Program-made: the position numbers and the translations under genes
Shown here: positions 40,519 through 48,886 of the stretch, piece after piece
Layout of the letters: every line of letters begins with the position of its first letter
Position numbering within the stretch: the first letter of the stretch is position 1
Source: Candidatus Bathyarchaeota archaeon
Lineage (GTDB): Archaea; Thermoproteota; Bathyarchaeia; Bathyarchaeales; Bathycorpusculaceae
Assembly: GCA_963798135.1 (NCBI GenBank)
Contig: CAWCSI010000007.1
Location: 27,290-91,289 of the forward strand
Length of the DNA stretch: 64,000 nucleotides
Reading direction: 5' to 3'
The notes under the pieces: model-generated
Told to the model about the DNA's origin: nothing
The model's database searches: none
Seen by the model: only the letters and a program-made list of their open reading frames with translations

Positions 40519-40695
40519 ATGAAAGATTTTAAATGTCCAAAATGTGGCGGATCAACTGAAAAGGTTTGGGAAAATGAAACAAAAACAAGATATGGAATGA
40601 GATGCACGAAAGGTCACAAAAAAACAGGTGGCACATCAGGTGATTCAATGGAGTACCCAACATTTCTTGTTTCAAGTGAAGAACTGAATAGTTGA
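40519..40695 (+). CDS. 58-aa Zn-ribbon microprotein (not in ORF track)
   Basis: FKCPKCGG...RCTKGH (CxxC...CxxxH). Confidence 0.65.
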   Translation: MKDFKCPKCGGSTEKVWENETKTRYGMRCTKGHKKTGGTSGDSMEYPTFLVSSEELNS

Positions 40696-40951
40696 AGTTA
40701 ACTTGTAAAAGCCTATGATAAAGGCTTAATTTACAATCGAAGAGTTCTTGAGGGATTAACTTCATAGAGTAGAGGGGAGAAAAACCAAATGAAAAAGCAA
40801 ATTAGTCCACTCGGTGGAACAAGCTATTTATCTTTGATTTAAGTGTGAAGCAAAAAATACGGCAATAAGTCGCTTGAATTAAGAAATTGGCTTTTTTTTA
40901 TTACAAAAACATTTGCTAAATAAAAAAGTAAATAAAATTTTGGAGACTATT

Positions 40952-42100
40952 TTATGTGGGTGGGGCGGGTCTTTCTCCGAGAACAACAATTACTTGGGTT
41001 TGCGAGTTTCCTCGAACTACTGTTAAAGTTAAACCGTCGCCTGGTAAAGTATGCTGCTCTAAATAGCTTGCTAAGTCATCGTTGTTTCTAATTGTTTGGT
41101 TATTTAGAGCAATCACGATGTCGCCGACTTGCAACTTGCCATCTGATGGTCCTCCGCTAACTACTTGAGCTATTCGCCAGCCATAAGTAACGCTTGCGTG
41201 GATTTGCTGCGCGGACGAATAATCCATGTCAATTCCTTGAACGCCAAGATAAGAGTGTCCACTGTAAGAACCCGTAGTTATCAAAGCGGAAACTTCACGC
41301 AGTATAGTGTCTGAGGGAATCGCGAAACCTAATCCCTGCGAGTCAGAAACTATAGCCGCTGTAATACCGACAACGTTTCCAGCCTCATTTAGCAAGGGTC
41401 CTCCTGAGTTCCCAGGGTTTATGGGCGTGCTCGTTTGGATAATGTTAGCAATTGCATACGCTCCTGCTGTATCTGGTTCAGTGATTGTTCTTCCCAATGC
41501 GCTTACCAATCCTGTTGTCAATGACCCTACTAGTCCATAGGGATTTCCAATGGCAATAACAGGTTCACCCACACTCAACGATGAGGAACTGACAATAGTT
41601 AGAGGTTTAAACTCTGACGCAGGAGCATTATTTACAGAGAGAACAGCTAAGTCAGAGTATGGGTCTGTACCTAGAACAGAGGCTGAGTAGCCGTTCCCGT
41701 CAGGAAAAGTGACACTTAGATTAGATGTCCCTTTAACAACATGGTCGTTAGTTAAAATCACAGTTTTGTCTGTAAATGTGTAAACAAAACCTGAACCTTG
41801 AACACCTCCACTACTAGTGTCCCCCTGGATTAATACTACCGAGTTAATGACATTTTTATATAAGCTTTCAAATGACGTGCCATTCTGCACAATATGTGAT
41901 GTTTTGATAGGTCACATTTTGGAACCCTCTTAGACCTGAAACTTGGCTTTGAAGATTCGAAACCTGAGTGCTTAAACTATTAATTTGCATAAAAGTTACA
42001 TAATAAATGCCTACTCCTCCAACAAGCAACCCTACAAGCAAAAAGAAGAATTAGCAAGCTGGCAGAAGCTTGAGTAAAACGCTTGGACGCTATCATACAT
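40952..42100 (-). CDS. htrA: HtrA/DegP-like serine protease with PDZ domain; the N-terminal anchor region is frameshifted
   Basis: GSGF, TNDHVV, DLAVL, AIGNPYG, INPGNSGGPL, PDZ. Confidence 0.9.
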
Positions 42101-42142
42101 TACGCCTCGAAAGAGCATTTGCTTGTTAGGAAATAAAAGTTG

Positions 42143-43148
42143 CTATTTTCGGCGGTCAATTATATCCATTGCTTCAGGTCCAGTACCGATCAAAGTGATT
42201 GGTACTCCTGTTTTGTTTCCACTTCTTTTATGAATTCTTTTGCTTCTTTGGGCAAGTCATTGTATTTTCTGGCGCTTCTGCAGCTTGGGTAAATGCAGTC
42301 GAGCTTCGTCATGGCAGCTTGTGTGGCACCGTTTATTTTGGCGGTTTTCTTTGCTAAGTCAAAATCAAAGGGTGCTGAACGTCGATCGCGGCCTGTTCCA
42401 GCAGCAACTTCAAACCAGCCTCGTTTCTGGGCTTCTTCTTTGGTTATTTCGCCAGGTAAAGGTCCAGCGCCCACTCGGGTTATGAATGACTTGTAAACTA
42501 TAATGACGTCGTCGACTCTTGTGGGTCCAACGCCTGCTTCTGAAGCGATGGCTGATGCACCTGTGTCTCTCCCAGTAACATATGGGTAGCCGCCGCCTAA
42601 GAAAAGCGATAACATGAAGCCCTGTGTACCTTCAAGAAGCACACTTTTGCCAGCGTCTAAACCATCGTTAACTTCTTCTACTTGGTCAGCGAGATAAGGT
42701 TTGAGTTCAGGAATGTCTTTGGCAAGCTTTGCTGTGCGTCTAACACGTTCTTCCAAGGCAGGTCCAACACCCCGCCCAGTAGTTCCGATGCCTTTGTTGA
42801 CAGCGCTTGCCTTGTCTTGTTCGCTGTGTTTCTGCTCAATTATGGAGGCGTTCTGGTCTATGCCAATTCGTTTGCCAGTTAACTTGGTTAAGTGTCCATT
42901 TCATCAAAGAAGGTTTTAACATCAACGTTTGCGCCTGCAGCAATCAGCAAACGGGTTTTCGGATTTATGAATGCAGCTGGAACCATGTGTAAGGCATATT
43001 TTTTGCCTTCATACCAAACTGTGTGGGCTGCATTTACTGAGCCTGTTCGAACACAGAAATCAAGGTTATCTTTTAGGGCTAAATACGAGATTATTTTTCC
43101 TTTGCCTTCGTCTCCCCAGAAGGCGCCAACAATTACTGAGCAAGGCAT
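42143..43148 (-). CDS. purA: Adenylosuccinate synthetase (short archaeal type), frameshifted
   Basis: GAFWGDEGKGK, NAAHTV, EGTQG, YPYVT, TRVGAGP, GTGR.RR, TKLD. Confidence 0.93.
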
Positions 43149-43185
43149 AGTAATTTCACCGTTGCTAAGTCAGTTCAAGAATTAT

Positions 43186-43395
43186 TTAAAGTTGTAGGAG
43201 TTTTAGCACGGTTTTATTCGTTGCTGATTTTTTGTCTTCGTTTATCAGTTGGGCTAAGCGGTAGGTGATGTAGGCTGAGAAGCTGTGGATGCCTTTTTTT
43301 ATGGCGTATTCGTCTTTGACTTTGAGCCATTCGTTGAAAAAATAATCGTAGACCTCAGTCTTAACAGTGATGCTTTTGTAGCCTTTTTTCGGCGT
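43186..43395 (-). CDS. RHH-like DNA-binding protein with apparent ACG start (not in ORF track)
   Basis: (M)PKKGYKSITVKTEVYD...GIHSFSAYITYRL; SD-like GAGAGGGA; in-frame TGA 7 codons upstream and no ATG/GTG/TTG. Confidence 0.7.
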   Translation of the reverse strand, partial: TPKKGYKSITVKTEVYDYFFNEWLKVKDEYAIKKGIHSFSAYITYRLAQLINEDKKSATNKTVLKLLQL

Positions 43396-43534
43396 TTGTG
43401 TTCCCTCTCTGAATCATAGTTAACCGAACGTACATTTATTTAAGGTTTAAGAATAGCAGCACAGTTAGCGGCTGATTTACCGTTAATTATATATTACCAG
43501 AGTACTGTAAAGTACGGAAGGAGATTGAATACTT

Positions 43535-43681
43535 TTGCCACGAAAAGGATACAAATGCATAACAGTGACAGAAAAGCTTCATGAAGACATCAAAAAAAGA
43601 GCAAAAGAAACAAACCGCACCATGAAAGAATACATCGAATACCTAATGGCAAAGGAAAAAGCTACCAAAGCAGGAAAATAA
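43535..43681 (+). CDS. 48-aa RHH DNA-binding protein (not in ORF track)
   Basis: TTG start after AAGGAG; MPRKGYKCITVTEKLHEDIKKRAKETNRTMKEYIEYLM. Confidence 0.75.
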   Translation: MPRKGYKCITVTEKLHEDIKKRAKETNRTMKEYIEYLMAKEKATKAGK

Positions 43682-43684
43682 ATT

Positions 43685-43879
43685 TTGCCCCTAAAAATTC
43701 TCCAAAACAACGAACGCGTTGCTGAAGTACAGTTTGTCTGTGATTCCTGTGGCAAACTGGTAAGAACAAGCCTAATTCCAAGCAAAGAAATTGAAGCCCA
43801 AAAAAACACAAAAGTAATATGCTGGCAATGCAAACAGAGCAAACTCAACAAAGAAATAAATCTTATAATAACACTTTAG
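43685..43879 (+). CDS. Small Zn-ribbon protein
   Basis: CDSC...CWQC, 3 bp after the RHH stop. Confidence 0.65.
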   Translation: MPLKILQNNERVAEVQFVCDSCGKLVRTSLIPSKEIEAQKNTKVICWQCKQSKLNKEINLIITL

Positions 43880-44262
43880 AATGCGTCTTTCTACTGCTTC
43901 AGCATCAATTATTTCTAGAAGCTTAATCACTCGTTTACCCTTTAACGTTTTTTTCTTCCTGAGTAATCGACTGTCTCTTGACTCACAAATATCATCTAAG
44001 AATTATTCCTTTTTCTTCATCCACAATAACAGGGTAAACTCTGCAACCTGACAGGTCGATCAACATAAACGCTGCATTGGCGATTTTTGAGGTCATAGAA
44101 GACGCAGTAGCCATCGCGATTTTTTAGAACAGCATAGCCTTGCTTGTCAAATTTGACGAATTGGTTTTGGCTAAAACCTTTCTTTTCTAAGCGTTTGATG
44201 TCTTTTTTGGAGAGCAACATTTCAGTTTCTGTACAGCATACTCCGCAGTTTGAGCAATGCAT
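43876..44262 (-). CDS. YkgJ-family cysteine-cluster protein, frameshifted (3' end approximate)
   Basis: CSNCGVCC...CVFYD....CSVY.DRP. Confidence 0.8.
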
Positions 44263-44318
44263 AAACGATGAAATGTTGCGGCTGGTATTTGTGTTTTTAT
44301 CCTTTCATTAAGAGCTTT

Positions 44319-44569
44319 TCAGGCGGAATTTTGCATCAAGTTCATGTTAAGCATTTCTGCCCAAGCAACATTTCTTAAGCGGTACACGGGTGGCTTTGCG
44401 GTTGCCTGAATGTAGAGTACTCTATTAGGTTGTTGTTTTTTCCTACACCTTTGTGAATCTTTGTCAATTGAACGTTTACTATTACTGCTCCATCTTTTAG
44501 GTGCAGGTTAACGTTTCTTCCAATGAATGATCTTGCACTGTTGGCGCTAAAATTCTCCATTTTTACCAT
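44319..44569 (-). CDS. Small Sm/Hfq-like beta-barrel protein, frameshifted
   Basis: FIGRNVNLHLKDGAVIVNV...RVPL..VAWAEML. Confidence 0.55.
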
Positions 44570-44827
44570 TCCTCTTCTTGATCTGCGATTTTGCTCCAGC
44601 ATTGTTGGCAAATGGGCAGGTTTTCGCCTTTTATTTGGATGTAGAGTTTGATGTTTTCGCTATTGCAGGTGTCTTTCCAGGGGTTTTTACAATGTTCCAT
44701 TTTTTTTCCTCAGAAACACCTTTTGGCTGTTTTTGCTTTTAAGGCGGTTGCAGAAACTGATTTTTGGTGCAGGGGAGGGGTGAGTGAAAGTGAATCATAC
44801 GTTGTTTCGACTTTTTGATAATGGAAA

Positions 44828-45240
44828 ATGGTGTACCCAGGTTATAGTGCGATTATAATATTCATATTATATTTAGCGTTTCAAATTTTATTTTGTTTCC
44901 GCTTTTTTATGTTTACCAAGTTTCCCCGTCACGGAAAAATCATGGCTGTAGCCTTGGTTTTGTATTTCGCAACGATATTTGTGATCATGGTTCCTTCTTT
45001 TGTTATAGTAATTCCCAAATATGCTGTAACGCCACACTTCGTCTGAATCTCTGAGTTGTAACTTTTTGGCGTAATTGCGTTTTTGTTGGCGTTTGCATTG
45101 TCATTTCTTGGCTTTCACAGGCGTGAAAGGCTGATTTGATAGGGAAAAATTTATGCTGTCAACAATGACCAATTGGCGGCATCTTTACTTTTTGGAATAA
45201 CACTATAACTTATCTTTAACTGGGCTATTTTGGCAGGTTA
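44828..45240 (+). pseudogene. Degraded DUF420-like membrane protein
   Basis: RHGKIMAVALVL...IMVPSF followed by broken hydrophobic frames. Confidence 0.4.
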
Positions 45241-45780
45241 AAGATTTATTATTTGTGGAGTTATGCTGTCTTTTGTTATTTTCAGCAGCGCAACTGATGG
45301 CTTGTTAAGGATTGATGCTGGGTCAGTTGGGCTTCCAGGGTTTATGTAGAGGGTTTCTTCTTCCCATTTGATTTTAGAAACATGCGTATGACCAGAAACC
45401 AAAACGTTGAAGCCGTTTTCTTTGGCTATATCCCCTATTTTTCCTGGTCCATAAACGCTTTCGGCATCGTGGATGACGCCTATTTTCCAATTAAAAATCT
45501 TTAGGGAATTAATCTTGGGCAAAGCATTTGTGACTTCCAAACAATCCATGTTGCCTTGAACTGCCAAAACGGGCGCTGCTTGCTCCAACTCATCGATAAC
45601 TGCTAATTCCACTAAGTCGCCAGCATGAATAACAAAGTCAACCTCTGCAAAAACTTCAAAAACTCTTTTTGGAACACACATTGCTCTCTTGGGAACATGA
45701 GTATCTGATATTAAGCCAACAATTTTGGCGGCTTCATATTTTTTCAGTTCGCTCTTAATTATCGTTTGTTCACTAGTCAT
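45238..45780 (-). CDS. YfcE/Vps29-like metallophosphoesterase
   Basis: ISDTH, HAGD, GNMD, GHTH, INPGSP. Confidence 0.92.
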   Translation of the reverse strand: MTSEQTIIKSELKKYEAAKIVGLISDTHVPKRAMCVPKRVFEVFAEVDFVIHAGDLVELAVIDELEQAAPVLAVQGNMDCLEVTNALPKINSLKIFNWKIGVIHDAESVYGPGKIGDIAKENGFNVLVSGHTHVSKIKWEEETLYINPGSPTDPASILNKPSVALLKITKDSITPQIINL

Positions 45781-46274
45781 TTTGGTTAGCCACCAACATA
45801 GTCATATCTTGTTTTTTAAATGGGCGATGTTACTATAAAAAACTATATTTTGTTTTTTCAGTATTTAACGGAAATTTAAGATGAAGAGCAACAAACTATT
45901 CCAATTGTTTCTGTTATTTTGGCAAACAATTAGGAAAAGAACAGCTAAAAATGAAAATTAGACGTTGACGTGTGTTTTCTTCCAGGTTTCTTTTCTTTTG
46001 ATAAAAATAAGGTACCGCTGTTTGAGGTGGTCTGACAACTTATGCTTCTTTAATGCTGGGTTCGTAAACTCTAAGAAGACAAAGATTGATAATGGAATAG
46101 CTGATGCCGTCAGAAGCAAGGACGGCTGAGTTTCCACGGAAAAGCGGTGACAAATTCATTGCAATAAAATCGATTTAAGCATTATTTAAAAATTGAGAAG
46201 TTAAAAGAAACATTTGTTCACATTGATGGTCGTTAAATTGCCCGTAATTCTTAAATCGCTCTTGTAAAGAGCTT

Positions 46275-47660
46275 ATGTTGATTCAGGTAATGCAAGGCAC
46301 TCGCGAAGGAAACTATAAGCTAAAAGCGTTAAAGATTACAGCAGTTGCAATTTTCAGCGTTGTAATAGTTGAAGTTTCAATCGGCTTAATAGTTAATAGT
46401 TTAGCAATCCTCAGTGACGGCCTACATTGTCTACTAGATGCAATATCAACTATAATGTTGTTCTTTGCTGTTCGAGCGTCAATGGAGCCGCCGGATGAAG
46501 AACACACTTACGGTCACGAAAAATTCGAGGACATAGGTGGACTCATTGGTGGAATCACGTTGATTGCAGTGGCATTCCTGATTTTCTATGAAGCAGCAAT
46601 CAGAATAATGGAAGGGAGCAGAATCTCGACAGGTGTGGCATACGCGGGTTTTATCGCCATCGGTTACGCCATATTCATCGCGGCGCTGAGGGTCACGGTT
46701 TTTAAAAGAAGCCAGCACATAGAAAGCCCATCAATGCGCGTGGGATTGTATGATGCAATTTCAGATCTAAGTTCAACTATGCTTGCATTGTTAGGTTTCG
46801 GGTTAGCTACATTGGGCTTCTACTATGGAGACTCCATAGCATCAATAATACTTGGTGTTTTGCTTAGCTATCTAAGCATTAAACTAGTGCGGTTTAGTAT
46901 CATGGAACTCAGTGATACTGCATCAAAGGAAGTAGTTGGAAAAACACGCAAAACGATATCGCGTAACGTGTGTGTAGAAAAAATAGTTAGCTTGAAAGTT
47001 CGCAAAGTAAGTTCAAAAATCTTTGTTGATGCATCAATACAAGTTTCCAGTCACATGCCTCTTGAGGAAGCACATTCTTTAGCTTCTAAAATTGAATTTG
47101 ACCTCAAGGAAGCTTTTGGAAACGTTGACGCCACCATTCATATTGAACCCTCTGAAAAAGATGCAAAAATGGACGAGTTAGTTCAGAGGCTTGCAATGGT
47201 GGATGGAGTGAAGGAAGTTCATGAAATCTCAACGATTTACACTGGCGGAAAATTCTACATAACTTTACATGCTTACGTTAACCCTGAAATATCAGTTGAA
47301 GAAGCACACAAAATAGCCGAAACTATCGAACAAAGAATATATGCTGAAATTAAACCACTTGAAAACATAACTGTTCATGTTGAGCCTTCAAGCATAGCAG
47401 GCCCAGTAACTGACATCAATGAAGTTCAACTCAAAAATGTTGTTAACGAAGTTACCAAAGGCATTGGAGTTCACATACGAATCAAGAGAGTAGTAACATA
47501 TGTGGCCGAAGGGAAACGCTATATCAACATTGACTGCTGTTTCACCAAGCAAATTCAAATAAAAAAGGCGCATGAAATCGCCTCACAAGTTGAAAAGGAT
47601 ACCAAAGAGCGTTTTGCAAACTCAGTTGTTACTGTTCATATTGAACCAGAGTGCACATAA
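46275..47660 (+). CDS. Cation diffusion facilitator (FieF-like) with three tandem C-terminal dimerisation domains
   Basis: SDGLHCLLD, PPDEEHTYGH.K.E; HIEP/HVEP/HIEP each preceded by EEAH/KKAH. Confidence 0.9.
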   Translation: MLIQVMQGTREGNYKLKALKITAVAIFSVVIVEVSIGLIVNSLAILSDGLHCLLDAISTIMLFFAVRASMEPPDEEHTYGHEKFEDIGGLIGGITLIAVAFLIFYEAAIRIMEGSRISTGVAYAGFIAIGYAIFIAALRVTVFKRSQHIESPSMRVGLYDAISDLSSTMLALLGFGLATLGFYYGDSIASIILGVLLSYLSIKLVRFSIMELSDTASKEVVGKTRKTISRNVCVEKIVSLKVRKVSSKIFVDASIQVSSHMPLEEAHSLASKIEFDLKEAFGNVDATIHIEPSEKDAKMDELVQRLAMVDGVKEVHEISTIYTGGKFYITLHAYVNPEISVEEAHKIAETIEQRIYAEIKPLENITVHVEPSSIAGPVTDINEVQLKNVVNEVTKGIGVHIRIKRVVTYVAEGKRYINIDCCFTKQIQIKKAHEIASQVEKDTKERFANSVVTVHIEPECT

Positions 47661-47742
47661 AACTGAAAACAAAAATTGAATTCGTTATTATCAAAATTAA
47701 AGTACGAAGTTTTAATATAAAAAAATAAAAAGGGAATTTTAT

Positions 47743-48507
47743 TTACTTTGTTTTTCGTTTGATTGCATATGTTCCGAATGCCACAGCTACTAAAGCTAAA
47801 GCCACAATTATGGCTGCTGCACCTGAAAATTCAGGGACTGTTGGAGATGTTGTTGAGCTGGTTGGCTTGAAGACTGGTTGATATGTGTAAGTGTTTCCGT
47901 AACCGTGATTAACATTGTACGGGTTGTCTGTGGGGGTGTCTGTAAATGAATATGCTCCGTGGTTCATTGGCTCGCCGCCTATTACCCAGTGATCAAATGT
48001 AAAGCCGCTCGCTGCATTTGCTTGTAGATTAAGTGATGTAGCATCAGCTAAAGCATAAGTTCCTGCGGCTGGTGTTGTGGTTCCTCCAACTGCAGCTAAT
48101 ACTACTACAATTGCAGCAGTAGCAAAATTCGTTACAGGTACAGTAGGTGCAGCTTGTTGAATTGGTGTGAATACTGGTTGGACCGCATAGGTTGCTCCTG
48201 AGTCTACAGTGAGGGTCGTGGGATTGTTAAGATCTACAGTTCCACCTGAGGCACTTACAATGTCCCATTCCTGGAAAATAAAACCAGTTCCAGCGGTTGC
48301 TGTTAACGTAACCGCTGTGCCAGCAGGATAATTATTTGTGGATCCCATTGCTGGATCTGTTGTTCCGCCTGCTGAAGTTAACATTGTAATGGAGCCTTGG
48401 GCTTGTGCTTTTACGCTTGCGATGTTCGGAGCTGCTGTTGCAATAACAAATGCAGACAAAATGAAAATCAAAGCAAAAGTTTTAAGATTTTTTTTAGAAT
48501 TAAGCAA
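47743..48507 (-). CDS. Surface protein with two InlB-B/Flg_new-like repeats and PEF-CTERM
   Basis: Signal peptide, GGTT.PA..TLTA...GF.F..W twice, VPEF-TM-KRKTK. Confidence 0.8.
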   Translation of the reverse strand: MLNSKKNLKTFALIFILSAFVIATAAPNIASVKAQAQGSITMLTSAGGTTDPAMGSTNNYPAGTAVTLTATAGTGFIFQEWDIVSASGGTVDLNNPTTLTVDSGATYAVQPVFTPIQQAAPTVPVTNFATAAIVVVLAAVGGTTTPAAGTYALADATSLNLQANAASGFTFDHWVIGGEPMNHGAYSFTDTPTDNPYNVNHGYGNTYTYQPVFKPTSSTTSPTVPEFSGAAAIIVALALVAVAFGTYAIKRKTK

Positions 48508-48886
48508 TTTTGTTTTCTCCTGATTTAGTTGCTTGCTTCATTACAACTGAGTAAATTGCTGAATATATTTAATTATGTGACTGTGGTGCAACAACAACAA
48601 GTTAACGCTTGAAAAAATTTTGAAACCAAGTAGACGCTGCAAAGTTAAAGTTAATTAAACTATGAACGGATTACTTATCAGATCACATTTTTATGTAATG
48701 ACTGGTTTTCAAGATGTTAAACCTCAAATCCATTTGCGAAAGATAGCTTTCATTTATCGTTTGAATAGTTTTTGAATATTAAAGAATTGATTTCTTCCAA
48801 GAAATAGACTAAGTCCCCAAAAAATTGGTTTGGGATAATGTTTAATTGCCATTGACTACCTTATACAATCAATTTGAGAGGAAGCA

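Noticed and set aside
35800-40900. Provirus or integrated plasmid interpretation of the micro-ORF island
   Set aside because: No integrase, capsid, packaging ATPase, replication protein, tRNA or att-like direct repeat was seen.
1656-44569. Many frameshifts (flavodoxin, hepT, histidine kinase, beta-CASP nuclease, PHP, htrA, purA, YkgJ) read as programmed frameshifting or mass pseudogenisation
   Set aside because: They are single-base indels in conserved housekeeping genes with otherwise intact motifs, share no slippery motif, and are absent from 46-64 kb. Sequencing or assembly error is the simplest explanation; read polishing would confirm.
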